Assembly: GCA_963706025.1 (NCBI GenBank)
Contig: CAVPLM010000003.1
Span: 480,001-544,000, forward strand
Length of the DNA stretch: 64,000 nt
Source: an uncultured Actinomycetes bacterium
GTDB taxonomy: Bacteria > Actinomycetota > Thermoleophilia > RBG-16-64-13
Reading direction: 5' to 3'
Positions 54,235 to 64,000 of this stretch are shown here, piece after piece (the first letter of the stretch is position 1; each line of letters starts with the position of its first letter). Under the pieces are notes generated by a model. It saw nothing but the letters and a program-made list of their open reading frames with translations, did not search any database and was not told where the DNA came from. The translations under genes were made by a program, and so were the position numbers.

Positions 54235-55065
54235 ATGACACAGGTGATCCTCCTTGCCGTTGTGGGCTTTGTGGGCGGGACTTTCGGGTCCATGGTCGGG
54301 CTGGGTGGAGGTGTCTTCATCATCCCCGTGCTCACGCTGTTCCTGGACGTTCCCATCCACAACGCCATCGCGGCCAGCCTGGCCGCCGTCATCGCTACTT
54401 CGACCACCGGGTCCGTCACCTACGTGCGCCAGGAGCTGACCAACCTGCGGTTGGGCGCGACCATGGAAACGGCCCTTACCGTAGGAGCTTTGGCCGGAGG
54501 ACTGGTGGGGGCGCTTCTTGGCAAGGAGGTGCTAAGCGCCGTCTTCGGGGCGGTAATGGTGGCGGTCTCGATATACATGGGGCTCACTCGGAACGCAGCT
54601 CCCAACTATCCGGCCGAAGGAGCGGACCTAGGGAGTCTGGGAGCTACCTATTTCGACCGTAACCTCGACCGTGACGTGCGCTATCGAGTGAAGCGCCTGC
54701 CGCTTGGGCTGTTCACGGGACTGGTGGCCGGTAACGTATCGGGTCTGCTGGGTGTGGGGGGAGGTTTCATGACGGTGCCCGTCATGAGGCTCGGGATGGG
54801 CATCCCCATGCGGGCAGCCGTCTCTACGAGCAGCTTGATGCTCGGCGTGACGGCCTGCGCCGGAGCGGCGGTGTACTTCGCCCGGGGGATGATGGACCCG
54901 GTGATCACGGTCCCGGTCGTCCTGGGAGTGATGACCGGAGCTTACCTAGGATCCCGCCTAGCGGTCAGAGTGAGGAGCTCCATACTGGCGAGCATCTTGA
55001 CCGTGGTTCTCTTCGCTCTGGCTGTGCAGATGATCCTGGCCTCGGCGGGGTTCAGCCTGAGATGA
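54235..55065 (+). CDS. Sulfite exporter TauE/SafE-family membrane protein
   Basis: Two repeats GSMVGLGGGVFIIP / SGLLGVGGGFMTVP, AVSTS. Confidence 0.9.
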   Translation: MTQVILLAVVGFVGGTFGSMVGLGGGVFIIPVLTLFLDVPIHNAIAASLAAVIATSTTGSVTYVRQELTNLRLGATMETALTVGALAGGLVGALLGKEVLSAVFGAVMVAVSIYMGLTRNAAPNYPAEGADLGSLGATYFDRNLDRDVRYRVKRLPLGLFTGLVAGNVSGLLGVGGGFMTVPVMRLGMGIPMRAAVSTSSLMLGVTACAGAAVYFARGMMDPVITVPVVLGVMTGAYLGSRLAVRVRSSILASILTVVLFALAVQMILASAGFSLR

Positions 55066-55430
55066 GGGCTCCGAGCGACTCCGACCCTCGTTTGGCCGCC
55101 CGCCTGTCCCGCCTGCTTCTCGTCGGGCTCAGCCTGGCCGTCCTTCTCCTCTTGACCGGTGTGGTCCTTACCTTGGTGAAGCCCGGGGTGCCCATCTCGG
55201 TCAGTTCCCTTAGAGGACTGCCCGGGGCCCTGGTCGCTCTGGAACCGGGCGGCTTCTTCGATCTGGGGCTGCTCATCCTTCTGGCCACACCGGCCGCCCG
55301 AGTGGTCGCACTCCTTATGGCCTTCGCCCGGCGACGCCTGTGGCTGTTCTCGGGCGTCAGCCTTATCGTGTTGGTCGTCCTGGCGCTGAGCCTGTTCCTC
55401 GGGCTGAGGGGCGCAATATGTTCGATCTAA
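55062..55430 (+). CDS. DUF1634-like membrane protein
   Basis: LGLLILLATPAARVV; usual partner of TauE. Confidence 0.8.
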   Translation: MRAPSDSDPRLAARLSRLLLVGLSLAVLLLLTGVVLTLVKPGVPISVSSLRGLPGALVALEPGGFFDLGLLILLATPAARVVALLMAFARRRLWLFSGVSLIVLVVLALSLFLGLRGAICSI

Positions 55431-55475
55431 GGCTCCTCCCTGCCTCCGGCACCGTTCGAGCGGTGCAGCCCGTTC

Positions 55476-57104
55476 TCAGTCTGCCACCAAGCTGGGATTG
55501 GGAACGCTCACAGAGGCCCCTGTCGCTTTGCGCCCCAACACCCAATGCTCCAGAGCTTCGGCCACACCGTCCCGAAGGTTCGAAGAAGTGATGACGTCGG
55601 CAACCGCCTTGGCCGCCGGAGTGGCGTTGCCCATGGCCACTCCGATGCCGGCCCACTGCAGCAGAGCGGCGTCGGTATCGTGGTCGCCGATCGCCATCGT
55701 CTGCTCGGCTGGGATCTGCATCCGCCGGGCGAGCTGCTGGGCCATCGCGGCCTTCGATGCATCCTGCGAAGTGATATCGACCACTCCCGGCGTTATCTCG
55801 CATATGGTGGCCCGGTCGCCGAACACACGCTGGATGGCAAGCATGGCCGTAGCCGCGGCTTCCTCCTGGAGGTCTCGCAGGTCGAGGAACACCTTGTCGA
55901 TGGGCTCGCCTGCCCGGAGCATCTCGTCGATGCTGCCGACCCTATGCGGCTCCGAGACCTCATAGTTCAGGATTCCCTCGCGCACCAGGTCCCCTAAGCG
56001 GTCGGTGAACCACTCGTCGTCGCTCTCTATGTTGACTATGGCGCCGAGGTCTCGACCCAGGGCCACGATCTGCGCTGTTAGCTCTGGCTCCACCGACACA
56101 TGGGCTAGGCCCGCCGCAGTCTGAACATTCCATAGCAATGCACCGTTGCAGGCGATAAGAGGGGCGCTGAGACCGAGCCGCTGGTGGAAGGGGCGCAAGG
56201 CCCGAGGCGGACGGGACGACACCAACACGACCTCCACGCCTCCTTCGCGCACGGCGGTGATGGCCCGCCTCACCCGCTCGGACATGTGCCGGGGTCCGGA
56301 TAGCAGGGTACCGTCCAGATCGATGAAGATCAGGCGTATCACTCGTCCGGTTCCGACCAGCTGAGCCAGTCCGCGGGAGACATAGTCCAGATGGTGACGC
56401 ATGGCCTGGCGGGCCTGCTGCTCGTTGCCTGACCGGATGGCCCGCCGGATGGCGTCATGCTGCTGCTGCAGCGTGCTCGCCCCGCCCGGCTCGTTGTAGA
56501 AGACGGAGAGAGTGGCGGCCATGTGGTCGTGAAGCAGATCGACGGGCTCTCGCATGACCCGCTCGAACAGCGGGTTGTGGGTGGCCGCGCCGATCGCGGC
56601 ATGGAAGGCGACGTCGTCCTCAGGAGAGACTATCTCGCCCGGGGCGGTCAACAAGTCGGAGAGAATGTGCAGGTCCTCCATGGTGGCGCGGCGCGCGGCC
56701 AAGCTGGCCGCCTCGATCTCCACCGCGCTGCGGATCTCCATCAGCTCGATGACCCGCTCCGCACCCTGTCCCAACAAGGGGGACAGGGGCGCGGCGATAC
56801 CCGGACCGGGGAGGATGGCCACCGTGGTTCCCTGGGCGCCGCGGCCGGTCACGAGCAGGCCGTGGGCTTTCAACTCTCGGAGCGCTTCGCGTACCGCGGG
56901 CCGGCCGACGCCCAGTTGCACGGCCAGGTCCCGCTCCGCCGGGATCCGGTCGCCGGGCTTGTAGTGTCCGGAGGCGATGAGATGCCGGAGCTGATCGGCC
57001 ACCTGGTCGGCCACGGTCTGAGGAGTCACCGGGTGGAGGCGGTCGTCGACAGGATGTGTGCCGTTTCGAGCTCTGCTACGGTCGCCGCTGTGCTCCAAGG
57101 TCAC
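55476..57104 (-). CDS. FadR/GntR regulator fused to a Cof-type HAD phosphatase
   Basis: PGDRIPAERDLA..LGVGRPAVREAL, FCD (DVAFH, HDAI, MRHHL), then DLDGTLL, SSR, NGA, SKA, GDHDTD, AMGNA in one frame. Confidence 0.9.
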   Translation of the reverse strand: MTLEHSGDRSRARNGTHPVDDRLHPVTPQTVADQVADQLRHLIASGHYKPGDRIPAERDLAVQLGVGRPAVREALRELKAHGLLVTGRGAQGTTVAILPGPGIAAPLSPLLGQGAERVIELMEIRSAVEIEAASLAARRATMEDLHILSDLLTAPGEIVSPEDDVAFHAAIGAATHNPLFERVMREPVDLLHDHMAATLSVFYNEPGGASTLQQQHDAIRRAIRSGNEQQARQAMRHHLDYVSRGLAQLVGTGRVIRLIFIDLDGTLLSGPRHMSERVRRAITAVREGGVEVVLVSSRPPRALRPFHQRLGLSAPLIACNGALLWNVQTAAGLAHVSVEPELTAQIVALGRDLGAIVNIESDDEWFTDRLGDLVREGILNYEVSEPHRVGSIDEMLRAGEPIDKVFLDLRDLQEEAAATAMLAIQRVFGDRATICEITPGVVDITSQDASKAAMAQQLARRMQIPAEQTMAIGDHDTDAALLQWAGIGVAMGNATPAAKAVADVITSSNLRDGVAEALEHWVLGRKATGASVSVPNPSLVAD

Positions 57105-57170
57105 TCCTTTCCCGTTCTAGGTATGATGGTAACACCATAACCCAGTGCGAGGCAAGGCGTCTTTGGAGCG

Positions 57171-57947
57171 TCAGCCCTCCACTTCGGAGGGCTCAGAGAG
57201 CACTTCGAGCTCCGCCCGCTTCAGCCGGCGCTTCAAGGCAGCCCTGGAAAGCCAGATGCCGAACTCGTACAAGAGGAGCAAGGGGATGAGCATGAGGGCC
57301 ATGCTCAGCGGATCCTGGCTGGGAGTGAAGATCATGGCGACGACAGCCATGACCAAGATGGCGTACTTGCGAACCTTCCGCATCTTCACGTGGTCGATGA
57401 GACCCACCCACGCAAGCAACATCATGATGAGCGGAAGTTCAAAGACCGCGCCGAAGGCCAGAACGAACATGGAGACGAACGTGACGTATCTCTCGGCCTG
57501 CAGCAGCTGATTGAAGTACTCACCTCCGTAACCGACCATGAACCTAAGGCCCACCGGTAGCACGACGAAGTACGCGAACGCCACGCCGGCCATGAAGAGG
57601 CCGGTGGTGAAGGCGACATACGGTACGACGCTACGCCGCTCGTTCTCGTAGAGGGCGGGCATGATGAAAGCCCAGAACTGATAGAGGATGTAGGGCAGGG
57701 AGATGATAAGCCCGGCGTAGATGGACACTTTCAGCACCTGCATGAAAGCTTCGGTCACGCCGAGAGTGGTCAACTCAGTGACCTGGGTGTACTTGAGAGG
57801 CCGAAGCAGGACGAAGAAGACCCAATCCTTCTCTATGAAAGCGGCGATGACGCATACCACGACCACGATCGCGACATACGTGAGGCGTTTGCGTAGTTCG
57901 CCGAGATGCCCCATGAGGGGCATCACCCTGGTCGGATCCTTACTCAC
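57171..57947 (-). CDS. tatC: Twin-arginine translocase subunit TatC
   Basis: MPLMGHLGELRKRL, YQFWAFIMPALYENE, FELP, TPSQDP. Confidence 0.95.
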   Translation of the reverse strand: MSKDPTRVMPLMGHLGELRKRLTYVAIVVVVCVIAAFIEKDWVFFVLLRPLKYTQVTELTTLGVTEAFMQVLKVSIYAGLIISLPYILYQFWAFIMPALYENERRSVVPYVAFTTGLFMAGVAFAYFVVLPVGLRFMVGYGGEYFNQLLQAERYVTFVSMFVLAFGAVFELPLIMMLLAWVGLIDHVKMRKVRKYAILVMAVVAMIFTPSQDPLSMALMLIPLLLLYEFGIWLSRAALKRRLKRAELEVLSEPSEVEG

Positions 57948-58196
57948 GAACCCTCAGCTCAGAAGACCGCCTTACTCGCTGCGGATCGACCGCGTGACTG
58001 TCTCATCGTGACGCGGGAAGCCGCCCTGGCGCTCCGCGGCCCAGCACAGTATAGCCCAGACCGGTCACGGCGGCGGCTTCGGACCAGACCGTTCGTTGCA
58101 AGGCCATAAGCGATTTGTTATCGTCGACGTCAGCTTGCGGCTGGTGTCTCTTGCGCGCCACGATCTAAGGGGCGCGCTTGGCGATGAGGTGCTCGC

Positions 58197-58565
58197 TTGG
58201 TAAATCCGACTGTCGATCTCGTCATCCAGTTCGCGATCATGTTCGCCATCGGCGCGGCCATGGCGATCGCGTTCGTGGCCATCTCACACCTCCTCGCTCC
58301 CAGAAGCAAGAACCCCAGCAAAGCGCAGCCCTATGAGTGCGGCGTGGTGCCCAAAGCCGACGCCCGGGCGCCCTTCAATATCCACTACTATCTGGTGGCT
58401 GTGCTCTTCGTGCTGTTCGATCTCGAGGCGGTGTTCATCTATCCCTGGGCGGTCTCGCTGCGGGATCTGGGGACCGCGGGCTTGGTGGAGATGTTCGTGT
58501 TCATCGCCATCCTCTTGGTCGGCTACGTCTACGCCTGGAAGAAGGGCGTCTTCGAATGGGAATGA
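58197..58565 (+). CDS. nuoA: Complex I subunit A
   Basis: [25 protein letters not shown]. Confidence 0.95.
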   Translation: MVNPTVDLVIQFAIMFAIGAAMAIAFVAISHLLAPRSKNPSKAQPYECGVVPKADARAPFNIHYYLVAVLFVLFDLEAVFIYPWAVSLRDLGTAGLVEMFVFIAILLVGYVYAWKKGVFEWE

Positions 58566-59212
58566 CGGATCCGACCCTTCGCCAGGCCACAGACAGCGAG
58601 GTGCGCGAAGCTATGGACCGTGGGGCCCTCGCCGGCGAGGACACCGGGCCGGGCCGAGCTGACGACACCGCGGACGCCATGGGTGGGCCGGTGCGTCTTC
58701 CCGGTGGCATCGCGATGCCGGTCCAGATCGAGCGCATACTCGGATTCGGGCGCAGCTTCTCCTTCTGGCCGCTTCTCTTCGGTCTGGCCTGCTGCGCCAT
58801 CGAGATGATGGCCCTGGGCGGGTCGCGCTTCGACATGTCGCGCTTCGGCATGGAGGCCATGCGGGCTTCGCCGCGCCAGGCCGACGGCATGATCGTGGCC
58901 GGCTGGTGCAGCATCAAGATGGCGCCTCGGGTGGTCCGCCTCTACGAGCAGATCCCCGATCCCAAATGGGTGCTGGCCATGGGCTCTTGCGCCATCTCGG
59001 GCAATATCTGGGACACCTACAACATCGTGCAGGGCATCGACAGCCTCATCCCGGTGGACGTGTACGTGCCCGGCTGCCCACCCCGCCCGGAAGCTTTGTG
59101 GGAGGGCTTGGAGATGATCCGGGAGCGCATCAAGGAGAGCAGGCACGCTTATGACGGTTTGCGCCGCATCCCCGCTCGTGACGCGATAGCCGAAGGAGTG
59201 GCCGAGCCGTGA
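58562..59212 (+). CDS. nuoB: Complex I subunit B
   Basis: [32 protein letters not shown]. Confidence 0.95.
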   Translation: MTDPTLRQATDSEVREAMDRGALAGEDTGPGRADDTADAMGGPVRLPGGIAMPVQIERILGFGRSFSFWPLLFGLACCAIEMMALGGSRFDMSRFGMEAMRASPRQADGMIVAGWCSIKMAPRVVRLYEQIPDPKWVLAMGSCAISGNIWDTYNIVQGIDSLIPVDVYVPGCPPRPEALWEGLEMIRERIKESRHAYDGLRRIPARDAIAEGVAEP

Positions 59213-59757
59213 GCGCCGAAGCCGTCAGCGCCGCCGGCAAGGCAGAGCGTCCGCTCCCGGCTACGCTGGCGGCCGCCAAGATGGAGCTCGAAGAGCGCTT
59301 CGGGACCAGGCTTCTGGGGAGCTGCGAGTTCCGAGGAGAGCTCACCTACACGGTGGCCCCGGAAGATTGGGTGGAGGTCCTACGGTTCTGCAAGGAGGCG
59401 CCGGCGCTTGCCTTCGATCAGCTCGATTGTCTGCTGGGCGACCACCTGCCCGAGCGGGCCGCGGCCCCGCTGCAGGTGGTCGCGCATCTTCTGTCGCACA
59501 CTCACGGGCACCGCCTGCGGATCAAGACTCCTCTGGTCGAGGGGCGGGGTCTGCCCACCGTCACCGGCCTGTGGCCCTCGGCCGGCTTCGACGAGCGCGA
59601 GGCCTGGGAGATGTTCGGCATCGTGTTCGAGGGCCATCCCGACCTGCGCCGGCTCCTCACCACCGAGGACTTCGTCGGCCATCCGTTGCGGAAGGATTTC
59701 CCCTTGCAGGGCACGGTGGGAGGTCGGATCCGCACCGATCTGAGAGGCAAGATCTAG
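59209..59757 (+). CDS. nuoC: Complex I subunit C
   Basis: [31 protein letters not shown]. Confidence 0.95.
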   Translation: MSAEAVSAAGKAERPLPATLAAAKMELEERFGTRLLGSCEFRGELTYTVAPEDWVEVLRFCKEAPALAFDQLDCLLGDHLPERAAAPLQVVAHLLSHTHGHRLRIKTPLVEGRGLPTVTGLWPSAGFDEREAWEMFGIVFEGHPDLRRLLTTEDFVGHPLRKDFPLQGTVGGRIRTDLRGKI

Positions 59758-61047
59758 GTGAGCGACCACCACGACAACGCGACCGCGGCCCCGGAGGTGC
59801 AGGGGGGCGCCGTCTCGGGTCGCCCCACCCTGGAGGAGCTCAAGGAGCGCAAGGCCCGCAGCCGCCGGCGTCTGGAACACACCGGCGAGGTGATGACCAT
59901 CAGCATGGGTCCGCAGCACCCGTCGATGCACGGCGTGTACCGGGCCGAACTCGATCTCGACGGCGAGGTCATCGTGGCCGTGCGGCCCGAGATCGGCAAC
60001 CTGCACCGCGGGGTGGAGAAGCTCTGCGAGCAGCGCACCTACCATCAGATCATCCCCATCACCGACCGCCTGGACTATCTGGCCGGCTTTGTCATGAACC
60101 ACGGCTATTGCGAGGCGGTGGAGAAGCTCATGGGACTGGAGGTGCCGGTCCGGGGCCGTTACATCCGCACCATAGCGGGTGAGCTATGCCGCATCGCCAA
60201 CCACATCCTGTGGCTGGGCGTCCACATCATGGATCTGGGCACGCAGACCTTCTTCTGCATCTGCTTCCGCGACCGCGAGTACGTGCTCGACCTGCTCGAG
60301 ATGCTCACGGGCGCACGACTCACCCACTCCTTCGGCCGCATAGGCGGGGTGGCGAAGGACCTGCCCGACGGCTTCGACCATCGTTGCCGCAAGGTCATCG
60401 ACTTCCTGCCCAAGCGGGTGGCGGAGTACGAGCGCATCGTCAAGCACAACCGCATCTACTACAAGCGGGCCAAGGGCGTGGGGATCTTCACCTCAGAGGA
60501 TTGCTATGCGTGGCGGGTCACGGGGCCGACGCTGCGTTCCGCCGGGGTCGCCCGCGACCTGCGCAAGGACGAGCCCTACGCGGCCTACGACGAGGTCGAT
60601 TTCGAGGTGGCGGTGGAGTACAACGCCGACGTCTACGACCGTTTCCTCGTCCGTATGAAAGAGATCCGGGAGTCGTGCAAGATCGTCCGCCAGTGCCTGG
60701 ACAACCTTCCCGACGGGCCGTTCGTGGCCCGGGACGCCGGCCGGACTCTGCCGCTGAAGAAGAACGTGCTCCGGGACCCGGCGGCCATGATCCAGGACTT
60801 CTACCAGGTGTTCGAGGGCCCGCAGGTGCCCAAAGGCGAGGTCTATCGGGCCATCGAGGCGCCCAAGGGCGAGATGGGCGTCTACATCCGGTCGGAGGGC
60901 GGCGCGAAGCCCGCCCGCATCCGCTTCACCACCCCCAGTTTCTACCACGGGCAGGCGGTGCCGCCCCTGGTCGAAGGGGAGATGGTTTCTGACATGGTGG
61001 CGATCTTCGCCAGCATCGACGTGGTACTCGGGGACTGTGACCGATGA
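59758..61047 (+). CDS. nuoD: Complex I subunit D
   Basis: MGPQHPSMHGV, HRGVEK, DRLDY, EAPKGE, DVVLGDCDR; no NiFe CxxC motifs. Confidence 0.95.
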   Translation: MSDHHDNATAAPEVQGGAVSGRPTLEELKERKARSRRRLEHTGEVMTISMGPQHPSMHGVYRAELDLDGEVIVAVRPEIGNLHRGVEKLCEQRTYHQIIPITDRLDYLAGFVMNHGYCEAVEKLMGLEVPVRGRYIRTIAGELCRIANHILWLGVHIMDLGTQTFFCICFRDREYVLDLLEMLTGARLTHSFGRIGGVAKDLPDGFDHRCRKVIDFLPKRVAEYERIVKHNRIYYKRAKGVGIFTSEDCYAWRVTGPTLRSAGVARDLRKDEPYAAYDEVDFEVAVEYNADVYDRFLVRMKEIRESCKIVRQCLDNLPDGPFVARDAGRTLPLKKNVLRDPAAMIQDFYQVFEGPQVPKGEVYRAIEAPKGEMGVYIRSEGGAKPARIRFTTPSFYHGQAVPPLVEGEMVSDMVAIFASIDVVLGDCDR

Positions 61048-62069
61048 GCGATCCTGTCGCCCAGTTCGTCTTCCTGCTGATCAAGGCCATCCTCATGCCG
61101 GTGCTCATCATCATGATGGTGGCGTTCATCATCTACTTCGAGCGCAAGTTCGCCGGCTTCTTCCAGGGGAGGGTAGGGCCGACCTACCTGGGGCCTTGGG
61201 GCTCCCTGCAGTCGTTCGGGGATATCTTCAAGCTCCTTTCGAAAGAGGATTTGATCCCGACCCGAGCCGACAAGCCGGTCTTCCGGCTGGCGCCCTACAT
61301 CGCCTTCATCCCCGCCTTCTTGGTGATGGCGGTGCTGCCGTTCGGGCCGGTCTCGGAGGAGACCTATCTCTTCGGGTACCAGTTCGACTACGTGATCGCG
61401 AACTTCGATACCGGCCTGGTGCTGTTCCTGGCGATGGGGGCCATCGCAGTGTACGGGGTGGTCCTGGCCGGTTGGTCCTCCAACAACAACTACTCCTTGC
61501 TTGGCGGTCTGCGGGCCGGCGCCCAGATGATCTCCTACGAGCTGGCCATGGGCTTCTCGGTGGTGGGGGTCATGGTGATGGCCGGATCCTTGAATCTGGT
61601 GGCCATCGTCGACGGCCAGGCGGGCAACTTCTGGGACTGGTACTTCATCCCGCAGGTGGTGGGAGGGCTGATCTTCTTCATCGCCACCATCGCCGAGCTC
61701 AACCGTACGCCGTTCGACCTACCCGAGGCCGAGCAGGAATTGGTGGCCGGCCACCTGACCGAGTACTCGGGGATGCGCTGGGGCATGTTCTACTTCGCCG
61801 AGTACGTGAACCTGGTGGTCATATCTGGGATCGTCGCCACCCTGTATTTCGGGGGCTGGCGGGCCCCGTTCGAGGTGCTCGATTTCATCCCCGGTCCCAT
61901 CTGGCTCTTGGTCAAGATCTGCCTTCTCGTCTTCCTCTACATGTGGGTGCGCTGGACCATCTTCCGCTACCGCTACAACCAGCTGATGTCCATCGGTTGG
62001 AAGGTGTTGCTCCCCCTGGCCATCCTCAACCTGGTGGTCACGGCGATCGTAGTGAGCGTGGTGGGCTGA
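61044..62069 (+). CDS. nuoH: Complex I subunit H
   Basis: ERKFAG..QGRVGP, LRAGAQMISYE, NRTPFDLPEAEQELVAG. Confidence 0.95.
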   Translation: MSDPVAQFVFLLIKAILMPVLIIMMVAFIIYFERKFAGFFQGRVGPTYLGPWGSLQSFGDIFKLLSKEDLIPTRADKPVFRLAPYIAFIPAFLVMAVLPFGPVSEETYLFGYQFDYVIANFDTGLVLFLAMGAIAVYGVVLAGWSSNNNYSLLGGLRAGAQMISYELAMGFSVVGVMVMAGSLNLVAIVDGQAGNFWDWYFIPQVVGGLIFFIATIAELNRTPFDLPEAEQELVAGHLTEYSGMRWGMFYFAEYVNLVVISGIVATLYFGGWRAPFEVLDFIPGPIWLLVKICLLVFLYMWVRWTIFRYRYNQLMSIGWKVLLPLAILNLVVTAIVVSVVG

Positions 62070-62070
62070 C

Positions 62071-62631
62071 ATGGGCCTGAAAGACGTAGTCAAGAAGGGC
62101 GCCTTCGTCGACATCCTCCGGGGGATGTCGGTCACCGGGACCTACTTCGTGGTCGACAAGGTGACCGTGGAGTATCCGAAGGAGAAGCTGGAGACCTACC
62201 CGCGGTTCCGCGGCGCGCAGGCGCTGCTCACCGATCCTGAGACCGGCGACACCAAGTGCGTGGCCTGCATGCTGTGCGCCACCGTCTGTCCCTCTCAGTG
62301 CATCAGCATCGTGGGCGAGCAGACGTCCGAGGGCCGGAGCCACCCGGCCGTCTTCGACCTCGACCTGGCGCGCTGCATCTTCTGCGGCCTGTGCGAGGAG
62401 GTCTGTCCGGAGGCCGCCATCGTGATGACCCGGCGGTACGAGCTGGCCACGTTCGACAAGAACGACTTCTTCCTCGACAAGACGGCGCTCATCGCCAATC
62501 AGGCGTACGCGCACAAAGAGCTGTTCTCGCGGCCGGCGGGCGAAGGCGCTGGTGCCGCCGAGGGCCCGCGGGGCGCGGCGCCCGGCGTCATGCCCGCCCC
62601 CGCCCCGGCGCCCGCGGACGGGGAGCGCTGA
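62071..62631 (+). CDS. nuoI: Complex I subunit I
   Basis: CVACMLCATVCP, CIFCGLCEEVCP. Confidence 0.95.
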   Translation: MGLKDVVKKGAFVDILRGMSVTGTYFVVDKVTVEYPKEKLETYPRFRGAQALLTDPETGDTKCVACMLCATVCPSQCISIVGEQTSEGRSHPAVFDLDLARCIFCGLCEEVCPEAAIVMTRRYELATFDKNDFFLDKTALIANQAYAHKELFSRPAGEGAGAAEGPRGAAPGVMPAPAPAPADGER

Positions 62632-62636
62632 CCGGC

Positions 62637-63225
62637 ATGGTCGAGAAGATCCTCTTCCTGATATTCGCGGTTCTGGCCGTGGCCGGCGGGCTGGGTACCA
62701 TCACCCGCAAGAACGTCGTTCACGCCCTGCTGCTGCTGGTGTTCACGTTCGTGAACATCGCCGCCATCTTCCTTCTGACCGGAGCCTACTTCCTGGCCGT
62801 CGTGCAGATCCTGGTCTACGCGGGCGCCATCATGGTGCTGTTCGTGTTCGTGATCATGTTCCTCAACCTGCGGACCTTCGAGCAGGAGGAGCAGACCCAT
62901 CGCGGGCAGCGGTGGGTGGCGCTGGTGCTGTCGGCGCTGGTGTTGGTGGAGTTCGTCGTTATCTTGGCGGGTATCACCTTCGTCTCCGCGCGGGGTGGCG
63001 CCACGCCCGAAGCGATCGCGGCGGCCGGGGGCAACAGCAAGGTGTTCGGCGCAGGCCCTGTTCGATCAGATGCTGCTGCCCTTCGAAGTGGCCTCGGTGA
63101 TCCTGCTCGTGGCCATGGTCGGCGCCATCATCCTGGTGAAGAGAGAGAAGTCGGCCGGCGGAGCGCCCCGGGCCTGGGAGCCCGGCGCGCAGCCGTCGCC
63201 AGAAGCCGTCGAGGAGGAGGTATAG
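62637..63225 (+). CDS. nuoJ: Complex I subunit J; frameshift ~63050
   Basis: QILVYAGAIMVLFVFVIMFL, LPFEVASVILLVAMVGAI. Confidence 0.92.
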
Positions 63226-63230
63226 CCGCC

Positions 63231-63557
63231 ATGGGCGCCACTCCCGCAGACATGCCCATCCCGGTCGACTGGTATCTCTACCTGTCGGCAGTCCTCTTCC
63301 TCATCGGCGCCGCCGGGGTGCTCACGCGGCGCAATCTCTTCATCATCCTGTTCTCTCTGGAGCTGATGATGAACGCCGTCAACCTCAACCTGGTGGGCTT
63401 CAGCCGCTTCCACGAGAACCTGGTGGGCCAGAACTTCGTGCTCTTCGTCATGGCCGTCGCCGCCGCCGAGGCGGCCGTCGGCCTGGCCATCGCCACCGCT
63501 CTCTTCCGTAACCGGCAGACGCTCATGGTCGACCTGTTCGATCGGATGAAGGGCTAA
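63231..63557 (+). CDS. nuoK: Complex I subunit K
   Basis: RRNL..ELMMNAVNL, VAAAEAAVGLA. Confidence 0.95.
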   Translation: MGATPADMPIPVDWYLYLSAVLFLIGAAGVLTRRNLFIILFSLELMMNAVNLNLVGFSRFHENLVGQNFVLFVMAVAAAEAAVGLAIATALFRNRQTLMVDLFDRMKG

Positions 63558-63566
63558 GGGGAGCGC

Positions 63567-64000
63567 ATGGAGAGCTACATCTGGCTCATACCGGTCCTGC
63601 CCCTGGCGGCCTTCGTCGTCACCCTGATCTTCGGCAGGTGGTGGATCAAGGATTCGGCCCACTGGCTCCCCATCCTGGCCATGCTGGGCTCGTTCGGGCT
63701 GTCGATCGCCGCCTTCATCCAGGTGCGCGGGGCCGAGGAGCCGGTGGTGGTGGAACTCTGGCGCTGGTTCTCGGTGGGCAGCTTCCAGGTGCCGTTCGCC
63801 TTCCAGGTCGACCAGCTCTCCGCCGTCATGTTGCTGGTGGTGACGGGCGTGGGGCTGCTGATCTTCATCTATTCCAGAGGGTATATGCGCGGTGACAGCG
63901 GCTACTACCGCTTCTTCGCGTACATGAGCCTGTTCGCCTTCAGCATGCTCCTGCTCGTACTGGCCGGAAACTACCTGCTGCTCTACTTCGGCTGGGAGGC
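63567..64000 (+). CDS. nuoL: Complex I subunit L (3' truncated by window edge)
   Basis: LIPVLPL, VDQLSAVM, YSRGYM, RFFAYMSLFAFSM, FGWE. Confidence 0.92.
   Translation, partial: MESYIWLIPVLPLAAFVVTLIFGRWWIKDSAHWLPILAMLGSFGLSIAAFIQVRGAEEPVVVELWRWFSVGSFQVPFAFQVDQLSAVMLLVVTGVGLLIFIYSRGYMRGDSGYYRFFAYMSLFAFSMLLLVLAGNYLLLYFGWE

Noticed and set aside
58562-61047. Possible group 4 NiFe hydrogenase
   Set aside because: The large subunit lacks both CxxC nickel motifs and has NuoD quinone-site motifs
62256-63557. 433-aa ORF apparently fusing NuoJ and NuoK
   Set aside because: Artefact of the frameshift at ~63050; the NuoJ C-terminus is in ORF 62995..63225

Overview
GC-rich bacterial window, probably from an anaerobic Actinomycetota-like organism (inferred from the Thr-rich lipoprotein linker, apparent leaderless genes and anaerobic enzyme set). 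It has many single-base frameshifts typical of an unpolished long-read assembly, so most split ORFs are treated as single genes. Content in order: corrinoid protein + UroD/MtaA-type methyltransferase + Liv-type ABC transporter; cysteine hydrolase; vapBC with an in-frame TGA in vapC; ADP-forming acyl-CoA ligase; EtfBA + membrane Fe-S oxidoreductase; a LysR-divergent catabolic run (xanthine-dehydrogenase-family trimer, MoaD, GlcDEF, acyl-CoA dehydrogenase, pyrogallol transhydroxylase-like pair); an orphan HTH antitoxin behind a toxin remnant; a second, divergent transhydroxylase-like pair + flavin enoate reductase; tag, ackA, xfp, RidA and two nitrilase-superfamily genes; Fe-ADH; a small decayed defence islet; TauE/DUF1634; GntR-HAD fusion; tatC; nuoABCDHIJKL without nuoEFG. 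Best novelty candidates: (1) an intact NYN ribonuclease gene with a divergent, self-contained ~65-nt sRNA unit (consensus promoter, two hairpins, terminator), resembling an RNA-antitoxin system; (2) a whole GltD/NfnB-like module inserted into the [4Fe-4S] loop of the XDH FAD subunit; (3) two transhydroxylase paralogues with different active-site loops; (4) an unassigned ~140-nt structured RNA plus terminator upstream of the Fe-ADH. No rRNA, tRNA, CRISPR array or transposase was recognised. Family assignments come from motif recognition, not database searches.
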